Assembly: GCA_001786575.1 (NCBI GenBank)
Contig: MFRW01000005.1
Coordinates: forward strand, 23,581-87,580
Direction: 5' to 3'
Source: Candidatus Moranbacteria bacterium RIFCSPHIGHO2_01_FULL_55_24
GTDB lineage: Bacteria > Patescibacteriota > Minisyncoccia > Moranbacterales > UBA1568
Length of the DNA stretch: 64,000 nucleotides
The position numbers and the translations under genes are program-made. Positions 10,105-19,352 of this stretch are shown piece after piece; position 1 is the stretch's first letter; each line of letters opens with the position of its first letter. Below the pieces are notes generated by a model. That model was not told the DNA's origin and did not search any database. It saw nothing but the letters and a program-made list of their open reading frames with translations.

Positions 10105-10511
10105 TGTTCAATGTTCCGCAATTCATCGATGTCGAAGACAAGATCGCCGGTCCGCTTACCTGGCGCCAGATCCTCTGGATGATCGGGATGGGCGCGACGC
10201 TCCTCACGTTCTACAACCTTTTCGATAGCACGCTCTTCTTCATCATCTCTGTTCCGACGGTGCTTCTCTTCGCGGCTTTCGCATTCTATCGGCCCAATGG
10301 CATGTCGATGACCGCATTCTTCCTTCACGCGGTATTTTTCTTCTTCCGGCCGAAGGTTTCCGTGTGGGAGAGACCCGCGACTGTCCGGCGGATGCCGCAA
10401 GCGCCGAAGACATCGGAAAACGGGACCCAAGCGCCGCCAGCCGCGAAAGATTTGAGCGAAGATCGGCTGCACGAGTTGGCAAAAATCCTCGATCGGCATG
10501 GAAGAGTATGA
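10101..10511 (+). CDS. PrgI family protein (VirB3-like)
   Basis: Characteristic N terminus FNVPQFIDVEDKIAGPLTWRQ followed by two TM helices. Confidence 0.88.
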   Translation: MMFNVPQFIDVEDKIAGPLTWRQILWMIGMGATLLTFYNLFDSTLFFIISVPTVLLFAAFAFYRPNGMSMTAFFLHAVFFFFRPKVSVWERPATVRRMPQAPKTSENGTQAPPAAKDLSEDRLHELAKILDRHGRV

Positions 10512-10543
10512 CGGCAATAACCTGCGGATGCTAGAATAACGAT

Positions 10544-11224
10544 ATGGAATTCCTCAAACCAAAACAAAAAGCTGGCGCATCCAGCACGCAGCGCTACGTT
10601 GACGTCGAAGAAATCCGCGACGGCATCATCGTGCTCAAAAGCGGAGCGCTCCGTTCGGTGCTTCTCGTCTCTTCGCTCAATTTCGATCTCAAGTCGAGCG
10701 AGGAGCAGGATGCGATTATCAGCCAGTACCAAGCTTTTCTGAATTCGCTCGACTTCCCGATCCAGATCGTTGCGAGCTCGCGACGCTTCAATGTGGAGCC
10801 GTATCTGGAGCTCTTGAACGACAAAGAGGCCGTCCAGGAAAACGAGCTTTTGCGTTTCCAAATCGCGGAATACAAGAATTTCATCAAGAATCTGACGGAT
10901 GTCTCGAACATCATGTCCAAGTATTTCTATGTCGTCGTGCCGTTCTCGCCGTCGGAAGATGAGAGGAGCAGCTTCCTCGGGAAGCTGACAGGAATCTTCA
11001 ATCCGCAGAAAACCGTGAATCTCCACGGAGAGCTTTTCGAGACCTATCGGAGCCAGCTCTTCCAGCGTGTCGAACAGGTGACAGCAGCGCTTTCGGGTAC
11101 CGGAGTGCGGGCGACAGCACTCACGACCGAAGAGATCATCGAACTCCTTTATAACAGCTACAATCCATCGCTCTTCGCCACATCGATCATCAAGAACGTC
11201 GATGCGCTGGAACTGATAAAATAA
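10544..11224 (+). CDS. TraC-like protein resembling the VirB4 N-terminal domain
   Basis: STQRYVDVEEIRDGII, SLNFDLKSSEEQDAII..YQAFLNSLDFPIQI and KYFYVVVP; lies between prgI and virB4. Confidence 0.75.
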   Translation: MEFLKPKQKAGASSTQRYVDVEEIRDGIIVLKSGALRSVLLVSSLNFDLKSSEEQDAIISQYQAFLNSLDFPIQIVASSRRFNVEPYLELLNDKEAVQENELLRFQIAEYKNFIKNLTDVSNIMSKYFYVVVPFSPSEDERSSFLGKLTGIFNPQKTVNLHGELFETYRSQLFQRVEQVTAALSGTGVRATALTTEEIIELLYNSYNPSLFATSIIKNVDALELIK

Positions 11225-11230
11225 ACACCC

Positions 11231-13078
11231 ATGGAGCCAGGAATCGTATTCACCGCCAAGGAAGAAGAGAAGCCCCCAAGCGACAAGAAGGGCTTGTTCC
11301 ATGCGGAAAAAGCGAGCGAGAGCGATCTCCTCTACCAGAAAGGCTTGGCGACGATCCGGGATCTCATCGCGCCGCCGGCGATCAAGATCACGCCGAACAC
11401 CATGCAGATCGGCGAAGTGGTGTCGCGCACCTTTTTCGTCATCGCGTACCCGCGCTACTTGAGCACCAACTGGTTTTCGCCGATCATCAACATCGACTTC
11501 CCGATGGACATCTCTCTCTTCATCCATCCGATCGATACGGCCGAGATCTTAAAGAACCTGCGCAAATCCGCGACCCAGGTGCAGTCGCAGATCCACATCG
11601 AGGCGGAGGGGGGCAAGATCCGCAACCCGGTCCTCGAAACCGCTCTCGAAGATATCGAAGGACTGCGGGACAAGCTCCAGCAGGGAACGGAAAAATTCTT
11701 CCGGTTCGGCCTCTACATCACGCTCTATGGAGCCGATGAGAAAGACTTAAACGAGAAGAGCCAGGCGATCGAGGCGCTTCTCGAAGCCCAGCTCGTCTAT
11801 ACCAAGCCGGCCGTCCTGCGGATGGACCAGGGATTCGCGGCGACGCGCCCGCTCGCCAACGATGTCTTGGATGTGGCAAACAACCTGAACACCGAGCCGC
11901 TTTCCACGACCTTTCCGTTCGTCTCCTCGGACCTTTCCTCGAACCAGGGCATCCTCTACGGCATCAACCGGCACAACAACAGCCTGGTCTTGTATGACCG
12001 TTTCAATCTGGAGAATGCCAACATGGTCGTGTTCGCCAAGTCCGGTGCCGGTAAGAGCTATATGGTGAAGCTCGAAGTGCTGCGTTCGATGATGTTCGGG
12101 ACGAGCGTTATCATCATCGACCCGGAAAACGAATACAAGCATCTCTGCGAGGCGGTCGGCGGCACGTTCCTCAAGATCTCGCTCAATTCCGAAGCGCGTC
12201 TGAACCCGTTCGATCTTCCGAAGCGCGTGGACGATGAGGACGGCGAGAGCGTGTTTCGGAGCAGCGTGGCGAATCTCATCGGCCTGCTCCACCTCATGCT
12301 CGGGACGGTCACACCGGAAGAAGACTCGATCCTCGACCGCGCCATCCGCGAGACCTATGCGCTCCGCGATATCACCGAGCACAGCGACTACCAGGGCCTG
12401 ACGCCCGAGGCGTTTCCTACGATGTCGGACCTGTACCAGGTACTCCAGAATATGGACGGTGCAGAATCGCTTGCCATGCGGCTCGAGCGCTATACCGAAG
12501 GAATCTTCGGCGGGTTCCTCAACCAACAGACCAATGTGTCTACCGAGAATCAGCTGATCGTTTTCAACATCCGCGACTTGGAGGACGAGCTCCGGCCGAT
12601 CGCCATGTACATCGTGCTTCAGTTCATCTGGAATGAGATCCGCTCGCAGATGAAGAAGCGCCTCGTCGTGGTGGATGAGGCCTGGGTCATGATGCAGAAC
12701 GAAGATGCGGCTTCGTTCCTCTTCGGAATCGCGAAGCGCTGCCGCAAATACTATGCGGGCCTGACCACGATTACCCAGGATATCAGCGACTTCATGGCAT
12801 CCCGCTACGGCAAGCCGATCATCACGAACTCATCGCTCCAGCTCCTCCTGCGCCAGTCGCCGGCGACTATCGATGCGGTGTCCGAGACCTTCTATCTGAC
12901 CGATCACGAGAAATTCCTGCTCCTGGAGAGCAACGTCGGAGAGGGGATATTCTTCGCCGGGACCAAGCATGCCGCGATCAAGGTGATCGCTTCCTATAGC
13001 GAAGACCAGATCATCACTTCCGACCCGCGCCAGCTCTTGGAAATCGAGGAAGCGAAGCGGGATTTCGGGTCTTCATGA
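11231..13078 (+). CDS. virB4: VirB4-like T4SS ATPase
   Basis: Walker A AKSGAGKS, IIIDPENEY, LNPFD, Walker B LVVVDEAW, KRCRKY, ITQD. Confidence 0.9.
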   Translation: MEPGIVFTAKEEEKPPSDKKGLFHAEKASESDLLYQKGLATIRDLIAPPAIKITPNTMQIGEVVSRTFFVIAYPRYLSTNWFSPIINIDFPMDISLFIHPIDTAEILKNLRKSATQVQSQIHIEAEGGKIRNPVLETALEDIEGLRDKLQQGTEKFFRFGLYITLYGADEKDLNEKSQAIEALLEAQLVYTKPAVLRMDQGFAATRPLANDVLDVANNLNTEPLSTTFPFVSSDLSSNQGILYGINRHNNSLVLYDRFNLENANMVVFAKSGAGKSYMVKLEVLRSMMFGTSVIIIDPENEYKHLCEAVGGTFLKISLNSEARLNPFDLPKRVDDEDGESVFRSSVANLIGLLHLMLGTVTPEEDSILDRAIRETYALRDITEHSDYQGLTPEAFPTMSDLYQVLQNMDGAESLAMRLERYTEGIFGGFLNQQTNVSTENQLIVFNIRDLEDELRPIAMYIVLQFIWNEIRSQMKKRLVVVDEAWVMMQNEDAASFLFGIAKRCRKYYAGLTTITQDISDFMASRYGKPIITNSSLQLLLRQSPATIDAVSETFYLTDHEKFLLLESNVGEGIFFAGTKHAAIKVIASYSEDQIITSDPRQLLEIEEAKRDFGSS

Positions 13079-13091
13079 TTAAGAAAATGTT

Positions 13092-13613
13092 ATGGCTTTC
13101 GTGTCTGATTACGCTTCCGGGGAATCCCAAGATGAGGCACTTGCCCAAGAGCTCGAGTACCATACGCGCCTGACGGCGGAACTCCGCGCCCGGGCAGCGG
13201 CGCAGTCTTCTTACGAGACGGTTTCCTCCCAGATCGAACGGGTGAAAAAGAGCAAAGCGAGCCTTTTCGCGTACGCCCCGGCACTCCTCTTAGCCGCTCT
13301 GAAGGACACGCTCGATCTCGTCGCTATAGGCTCTATCCCGGTTATCGGGACGATAATCACGATCTGTGTCTCCTTTCTTATCTTCCTGTCTCTGCTTATC
13401 ACGCGAGCCAACAAAGATCTGATCGATTCGAGATTCGTTCTCCGCATGGGTATCGCCGTCATCGCCGGCTTCATCGTGGAGGGATTCTTCTTCGGGATAA
13501 ATTTCCTGCCGATCGAAGTATTCACGGTACTCGCTGTCCTCTGGATGGATAGACACTTGTCCGATGAGCAGATCCAGGCTTTTTCTGAAAAGGCGAAAAG
13601 CATGAAAAGGTAG
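13092..13613 (+). CDS. Hypothetical membrane protein
   Basis: 173 aa with 3-4 hydrophobic segments (KDTLDLV..IPVIG..FLP), directly after virB4. Confidence 0.75.
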   Translation: MAFVSDYASGESQDEALAQELEYHTRLTAELRARAAAQSSYETVSSQIERVKKSKASLFAYAPALLLAALKDTLDLVAIGSIPVIGTIITICVSFLIFLSLLITRANKDLIDSRFVLRMGIAVIAGFIVEGFFFGINFLPIEVFTVLAVLWMDRHLSDEQIQAFSEKAKSMKR

Positions 13614-13662
13614 GCGCGGATAGCTGTTTCCCTTCCGATATTTTTGGTATACTAGAGGAAAT

Positions 13663-14319
13663 ATGAGAACATTCTCGCTCGCAGAAAAAAAGTTTATCGG
13701 GACCAGCGCCCTGATTCTTTTCTGTCTCCTTTTCTTCGCTTTTTTCGAGGAGAGTTCGCAGTTGAGCGGGGTGCTCCAGGGTTTCATTATCGGTATCGTT
13801 TTCTTCTTGGTCATTCCGCTCGCGTACTGCAGGATGGTCTTGCGGGAGCCGCTTTCCAATATGGGGTGGCAAAGAGGAGAAGGTATCTTCGGGTTCTTTT
13901 GGCCGCTTCTCTCTGTCGCGATCGCCTTTGCGGGCATTTTCTTCCTTACGTGGCAGTTCCCGGCATTCGCAGAGGCGTATACGTTCCCGGTCGCGGTGGA
14001 GACGAACTTCCTCTGGTTCGTGCTTTATGAGCTCTTCATGGTCCCGTTCATCGTCCTCATCTACGAGTCATTCTTCCGCGGATTGGTGCAGATGCTCTGG
14101 CTCCAAGCGCTCGGCGCATGGGCGATTCTGGTACAGGCGGCGCTTTTCACAGGCCTGGTCTATGTGAGCGACGGCTTCACCTGGGAGACGCTCCCGCTTC
14201 TCGTCTTTGCGCCTTTTGCGGGGTATATCGCCTATAAGACGCACTCGCTCTGGTATGCATTTCTCGGAAGCTGGACATTTCTCTTTCTGACTGACGTACT
14301 CTTTTTGATTCTCCGTTAG
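13663..14319 (+). CDS. CPBP/Abi (CAAX protease-like) intramembrane protein with degenerate catalytic motifs
   Basis: About 7 TM helices; YESFFRG matches the EExxFRG motif and AYKTHSLW matches the conserved YxxTxSLW segment; the catalytic His residues are absent. Confidence 0.7.
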   Translation: MRTFSLAEKKFIGTSALILFCLLFFAFFEESSQLSGVLQGFIIGIVFFLVIPLAYCRMVLREPLSNMGWQRGEGIFGFFWPLLSVAIAFAGIFFLTWQFPAFAEAYTFPVAVETNFLWFVLYELFMVPFIVLIYESFFRGLVQMLWLQALGAWAILVQAALFTGLVYVSDGFTWETLPLLVFAPFAGYIAYKTHSLWYAFLGSWTFLFLTDVLFLILR

Positions 14320-14336
14320 CCTCTAGCCTCAAAAAT

Positions 14337-17129
14337 ATGTTTACATTCGGAAAACGAAAAAAGACCCTTCTCGCTATCCTCATGGTCGGCCAGATGTTCA
14401 TAGGGAGCGCCCTGCCGGCTGCAGCGCTCTTCGGCGGGATCAAGATCCCGTCGGCATCCAAGGTGGTCTCGGACATCGAGAAGCGCTATCATATCGATCT
14501 TGAGAATGTCCAAGATCAGGGAGAGTTGTTCAATGTCCTTTCGAATAAACAGCCTGCTCCGGAGGTCTCTTTATTTTTCTCGCCGTCCGACCCTCGCCTC
14601 GGGGAGAAGATTTCTGCCAAGGCTTTTCCGGTTTATTTTATCAACAATGAAGAATCTCTCTATTACACATGGTACCTGAAGCGCGCTGATTGCGGACTGA
14701 CGAACTCCCCAAGCGCTGCGGTCAGGAGCGCTTGCGATCGGAATAATGATAACCGCATCACCGTAGAAGACTGGAAGATCGAGGCGGTGCGTATCATCGC
14801 CCAGAACGGCTATGACAATACCGCTACCAGCTACTCCTCGGACTCCGATGATGACGGCTATCGTGCGCGTTTCGGCGGCGATAACAGGGCGAATACGCCG
14901 GATTATTGCTACATCCACGACAATTCTTCGGGGAAGAATTACGAGCTGACAGACAGTTCTTCCGACACGAGTTTCTCCTGTCCGGCCGGGACAACTGCAG
15001 TGTGCGTGATCGAGGATGAAGGAGTCGAGCCGGGAGAGATCCCAGAGGGCACATTGGGAACCAGCAGCGCAAGCGATACGTTCGTTGTCGGCAATACCGA
15101 TGAGTGCAGCGTTTCGGGGCTTCCGGCCTGTACAACGAGCGGAACGCCTTCTTGCGGAACAGGAACGCCGCGCTGCGTCGCGAATCCGGAAAGCAATACT
15201 ACTTCCTGCGGTACGGCTTTGAGCACCTGCAGCACGACTTCTTCCGGTAATGCAGATCCTTCCTGCAAGCACCTTTTCCCGAAGGCTTCCGGCGCGACGA
15301 CTGGCGACGGGTCATTCAATGCGAGTGAAGAACGCTTCTGGGGAACCGACCCGAATGATCCGGACACAGCCGACAACGGCAACAAGGACGAAGCGAATGT
15401 CACCGGTCTCGGCCGTTCTACCTTCACCTGGAACTATGCGACAGGCGACCAGGTGGGCGTAGCGGTAGAAGGCACCTCGATGATCGCTACCAAGCATGAC
15501 AATTCTTCGGTGATGATCATGTGGGCCTTCGCCAAGAAGGACTGCCCAGTAGAGGATACCGGATCATATACCCAGTCCATCAAGAATTACAGCGTCGAGA
15601 TAGAGACGGCCGACATGGATCTCAATAATTGTCTGGAACGCAACCTCGTCGACCCGGCCCAAGGCGGCCAGGCGACGAATCTGGAAGTGGAAGTTTCGGC
15701 AACCCCGAATGAGCCGGTGAACGATGAGACCGGGGACGAGTCGGGCGATCTCGTCATCGCCCAGGCGAGCGTGAGCAATGGAGTCCAGGATTTGTCGAGC
15801 ATACTCTTCGATTGGAAGGTAGATATCAGCAATAATATCCAATTCAGTTCCTCGATCGGGCCAACCGCCGATGTCACTGCGGATCTTCGCAGTCTCTCGC
15901 TTTTGAGCAACGCGAAGGGGAATGCTCTGGACGCTGTCCGGCTGAAGCTTGATATTCCGCGGAGCGCGAGCTTGGGCGGCCGGCCGCTTTCGAGCTATCT
16001 TTCCGGAGATGTGGGGTATCTCCGCTTCACTTCCCGGGTGAGCGAGAATTTCTCGCAGGGAATCGCTCGCCAGGGGAGGAGCGATGTGATCGTGAAGTTC
16101 ACTTCCACCCAGAGGAAGATCGTCGCCTATAAGGCAGAACCGGCTCTCGTAGCAGGAAAGATGCAAGTGAGACTCCCTGCCAATGCCGGAGCCATCTGCA
16201 ATGATGATGCCTTGGATCGCAATGTCTGCCGTGTCGTCGAGAACGAAATCGTCGGCTTGAGCGTCGATGAGAATGATCTCACGAATTTCAATTGGACAAT
16301 CAATGGATCGCCGCTCCGCTGTTCCGCAAGCGCCGTATCGCCGGACTGCACCGACGGCCAGCAGAATGCGGTGAATTTCTTCCCGGTCACGGGGAACGTG
16401 GGCGATACCTACACGGTCACGCTCACGGCAAACGACGTGACGAATGGCAAGACCGTCACGCTCTCGCGCTCATTCAATATCGTCTCGCCGCAAGTACGGA
16501 TCGTTTCCGGCGATGAGAACGCCGCGTGGCCGAAATTCCTCGGCCAGTACAGGGATGTGACGGGGACAGCGACGGATTGCCCCGGAGGCCTCTGCGATGA
16601 TGTGAGCAAGAATGTCTTCGAAGCATTCTCCGGCGACAGCCTCACGCTCCAGGCGAAGTTTATCCCGAGCTTCCTCGCGAGTTCCGCCGAAAGGCAGTGG
16701 ACCATCGATAACGAAAACGTATCCGAGACCAGCCCGAACGAACTTGTCTTCCCGGCCGATAAAGCGCCCTTCATGGTCTACAATATCGGGCTCGCGGCCC
16801 GCGTGATGCAGTCCAACGATACCCGGAGGGCTCTCCTGGATATCTGGAATATTTCCCCGCTCGATTCGCCAGAAGTGCATTTCTCTTCAGGGATACAGAT
16901 CGAGCTCCAGGATCCGACTCTTGTCCGCGGCGATGAAACCCCGGTTCAGAAGTATCTGGCCGCTCTGGTATCGTATGTCCCGGCATCGCTTCTTTTCTCC
17001 TTCCGTATCCTTCTAAGCGGAGCGCTCATCCTCTTCGCCACCGGATTCGTGATGGCCATCCTGCCAGGCGGAAGAGCGGCCGAGGCGATTGCTCCAAGTC
17101 CGGGCAGATCCGGCAGAAACGATTGGTAA
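14337..17129 (+). CDS. Large Cys-rich surface protein with a C-terminal membrane anchor
   Basis: Signal peptide, 20 Cys, beta-rich Ig/PKD-like segments (YYTWY, FTWNY, FNWTING), a GTDPNDPDTADNG Ca-binding-like motif and a C-terminal TM helix. Confidence 0.85.
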   Translation: MFTFGKRKKTLLAILMVGQMFIGSALPAAALFGGIKIPSASKVVSDIEKRYHIDLENVQDQGELFNVLSNKQPAPEVSLFFSPSDPRLGEKISAKAFPVYFINNEESLYYTWYLKRADCGLTNSPSAAVRSACDRNNDNRITVEDWKIEAVRIIAQNGYDNTATSYSSDSDDDGYRARFGGDNRANTPDYCYIHDNSSGKNYELTDSSSDTSFSCPAGTTAVCVIEDEGVEPGEIPEGTLGTSSASDTFVVGNTDECSVSGLPACTTSGTPSCGTGTPRCVANPESNTTSCGTALSTCSTTSSGNADPSCKHLFPKASGATTGDGSFNASEERFWGTDPNDPDTADNGNKDEANVTGLGRSTFTWNYATGDQVGVAVEGTSMIATKHDNSSVMIMWAFAKKDCPVEDTGSYTQSIKNYSVEIETADMDLNNCLERNLVDPAQGGQATNLEVEVSATPNEPVNDETGDESGDLVIAQASVSNGVQDLSSILFDWKVDISNNIQFSSSIGPTADVTADLRSLSLLSNAKGNALDAVRLKLDIPRSASLGGRPLSSYLSGDVGYLRFTSRVSENFSQGIARQGRSDVIVKFTSTQRKIVAYKAEPALVAGKMQVRLPANAGAICNDDALDRNVCRVVENEIVGLSVDENDLTNFNWTINGSPLRCSASAVSPDCTDGQQNAVNFFPVTGNVGDTYTVTLTANDVTNGKTVTLSRSFNIVSPQVRIVSGDENAAWPKFLGQYRDVTGTATDCPGGLCDDVSKNVFEAFSGDSLTLQAKFIPSFLASSAERQWTIDNENVSETSPNELVFPADKAPFMVYNIGLAARVMQSNDTRRALLDIWNISPLDSPEVHFSSGIQIELQDPTLVRGDETPVQKYLAALVSYVPASLLFSFRILLSGALILFATGFVMAILPGGRAAEAIAPSPGRSGRNDW

Positions 17130-17161
17130 GAGGCTTGTCTGCAAGAAAAATAAAGAAAAAT

Positions 17162-17194
17162 AAAACCGAGGCACCGTAACGCCTCGGTTTTTTT
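17162..17194. terminator. Bidirectional intrinsic terminator
   Basis: AAAACCGAGGC-N8-GCCTCGGTTTT between the convergent surface-protein gene and tRNA-Leu. Confidence 0.75.
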
Positions 17195-17195
17195 G

Positions 17196-17278
17196 TGGGC
17201 AGGGAGGGACTCGAACCCTCATTTCACAAGGAAACTAGTTCCTAAGACTAGCGCGTATACCAATTCCGCCACCTGCCC
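17196..17278 (-). tRNA. tRNA-Leu(TAG)
   Basis: GGGCAGG/CCTGCCC acceptor stem, D loop GGAATTGGTA, CTAGT-CT-TAG-GA-ACTAG anticodon arm, long variable arm, GGTTCGAGTCC. Confidence 0.96.
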
Positions 17279-17382
17279 GAAATTATAGCGTCTACTGATT
17301 CCCTGCCCGAAACGCTCCGCTCGCTAGGGGGATAGAGTATCTGTCAGGGTATCGGTGCGGGTGTGCACCATCCCGGCAAGAA

Positions 17383-17694
17383 CTACACTATTGTAGCGTT
17401 TTCGCCGAAAAGTTCAAGGAGGCGGGCTGCTTCCTCACGGAGCGGGAGCGAATCCTCATACTCGCCATGATGGCGGGTGTACTCGCCATACGTATGCTTT
17501 TTCTGATCCAGGTGGATATTGATGGAGAATTCGAGACCCGCCTGTTTCGTATAGCAGTGGAAGCGGGGATAGCCAGCTCGGGCAAGAGGCCGGATGAAGC
17601 TTTTTTCGCCTTGCTCCTCGCGCTGGAAGGTGTAGCCAGCCCGGCGCATGAGCGTGAGGGAATTCTCCGTAAGCGGTGAGATGCGGATTTTCAT
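17383..17694 (-). CDS. Conserved-looking small hypothetical protein (103 aa)
   Basis: MKIRISPL...LMRRAGY...YPRFH...NIHLDQK...HHGEY. The real start lies downstream of tRNA-Pro; the ORF-track start at 17766 is inside the tRNA. Confidence 0.75.
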   Translation of the reverse strand: MKIRISPLTENSLTLMRRAGYTFQREEQGEKSFIRPLARAGYPRFHCYTKQAGLEFSINIHLDQKKHTYGEYTRHHGEYEDSLPLREEAARLLELFGENATIV

Positions 17695-17709
17695 GAATTT
17701 GTTCTGTAG

Positions 17710-17780
17710 TCGGGGTACCGGGAATCGAACCCAGACTTCACGCACCCGAAGCGCGCGTACTACCACTATACTATACCCCG
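17710..17780 (-). tRNA. tRNA-Pro(CGG)
   Basis: CGGGGTA/TACCCCG acceptor stem, CGCGC-TT-CGG-GT-GCGTG anticodon arm, GGTTCGATTCC. Confidence 0.96.
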
Positions 17781-17789
17781 TGTTTTTTC

Positions 17790-19286
17790 TTACTCTACCC
17801 AGTGCCGTTTCCGGATAGCCTGGTCTTCCGCTTCCCGCTTTTCCTCGATCTTCTCTTGCGCGAGCGCGCGGAGCTCGCCTATGTCGCTTGCGGCGAGTGT
17901 CCGGGCGCGCCCGAGGAGAATCTCGCGCGTATTCTTCTCTTTGTCATCGATCACTTCCGCGAGAAGCACATCGAGGATCGCGCCGATCTTCGGGCCGGCA
18001 GGGATACCGACCGTCTCTATGAGATCCGTGCCTTTGATGGCGAGCATCTTCACCGAGAGCGGATCCCGGGAGACTTTCTCGATCATGTATTCCAAATGCC
18101 GGAGCTTGTACGGCTTGGCTTTCGGCACACCCGAACCCAAGCGGTCGCCGACGCGGACTGCCATGAGATCATCCATGTTTTCGAGCCCTACCCGTTTCAC
18201 CAAACGCCGCACAGAGGCTTCGGTGACTTCGCCGACATTGTAATAGAAGAGATGATTATCCACAAGGAGGGAGGCCTTTTTCACGATCGCTTGCGGATAT
18301 TTGAGACGCTCGAGGATTTTGGTCGTCATGCGCGCTCCGACATGGTCGTGGTTGTAGAAGGTGGAGCGGTAACCCTCACCGCGCTTGGTGCATGGCTTGG
18401 CGACGTCATGGAGGAGGGTCGCCAGGCGGACGGAAAGCTTCTGCGACGGGCAAGTTTGGAGGGCGCGCAGGTTGTGCTCCCAGACAGTATAGATATGATG
18501 CAGATTCTGGGTCACCCCGATCCCTTCGCGAAGCTCGGGAATGATGTATTCCAAGAGACCCGAGTATTCCAGCATCTCGATGCCTTCTTTCGAGCTTGGG
18601 GAAAGGACGATCTTCGAGAACTCATCGCGGATGCGTTCCTGCGAGATGTGGGCCAGATTGCCCGAAAGTTTTTTGATAGCCAGAAGCGTTCCTTCCTCGA
18701 TGCGCCAGTTTTTCCCGTCATCTTTTTCTTGCGGGTCGCGGAGCTCCGCGAAGAGGCGCACGGCGCGCATGAGGCGCAGAGCGTCTTCGCCGAAGCGTTC
18801 TTCCGGAACGCCTACCGTCCGGATGATCTTTTTTTCCAGATCCTCTTGGCCGTGGAATGGATCGATGAGCTGTTCTTTGTCTTCCTTTTTCCCATACGCC
18901 AGCGCATTGACAGTGAAGTCCCGTCGCGCCAGATCTTCCTCGAGCGACGCGGTGAAGCGGACTTCATCGGGGCGGCGCTTGTCCTCATAACCGGATTCTA
19001 CCCGGTAGGTAGTGACTTCGATGATGTCGTGTTCGTGCTTCGGAGGAGTGGTCTTCAGGAAGCGGGGGACTTTGACGCCGACCGTCCCGAAGCGGTTCTC
19101 ATAGACGCTTCCCGGAAAGACTGCCAGGATCTCTTCGGGAGTGGCGTTGGTCGTGATGTCCCAATCTTTCGGCACGCGTTCGAGGAGCAGGTCACGGACG
19201 CAGCCCCCGACGATGAATGCTTCGAAACCGGCTTGTTCCAAAGCCGTCATGGTTTCTCGGACTGGGGTAGGTATATGTATCTTCAT
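17790..19286 (-). CDS. cca: Class II CCA-adding tRNA nucleotidyltransferase with an HD domain
   Basis: VGGCVRDLLL, KDWDITT, DLARRDFTVNA, FGEDALRLMRA, LLHDVAKP. Confidence 0.92.
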   Translation of the reverse strand: MKIHIPTPVRETMTALEQAGFEAFIVGGCVRDLLLERVPKDWDITTNATPEEILAVFPGSVYENRFGTVGVKVPRFLKTTPPKHEHDIIEVTTYRVESGYEDKRRPDEVRFTASLEEDLARRDFTVNALAYGKKEDKEQLIDPFHGQEDLEKKIIRTVGVPEERFGEDALRLMRAVRLFAELRDPQEKDDGKNWRIEEGTLLAIKKLSGNLAHISQERIRDEFSKIVLSPSSKEGIEMLEYSGLLEYIIPELREGIGVTQNLHHIYTVWEHNLRALQTCPSQKLSVRLATLLHDVAKPCTKRGEGYRSTFYNHDHVGARMTTKILERLKYPQAIVKKASLLVDNHLFYYNVGEVTEASVRRLVKRVGLENMDDLMAVRVGDRLGSGVPKAKPYKLRHLEYMIEKVSRDPLSVKMLAIKGTDLIETVGIPAGPKIGAILDVLLAEVIDDKEKNTREILLGRARTLAASDIGELRALAQEKIEEKREAEDQAIRKRHWVE

Positions 19287-19352
19287 GGAGATAAGGAGAG
19301 CATCTGAAGCGCAGGCTTTTCAGAATACTCGGAAAGTTGAGAAGTCTCTGGT

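Noticed and set aside
3617-17278. ICE bounded by the tyrosine recombinase and tRNA-Leu
   Set aside because: The recombinase is Xer-like, I saw no duplicated tRNA 3' end or relaxase, and the core genes have host-like codon usage
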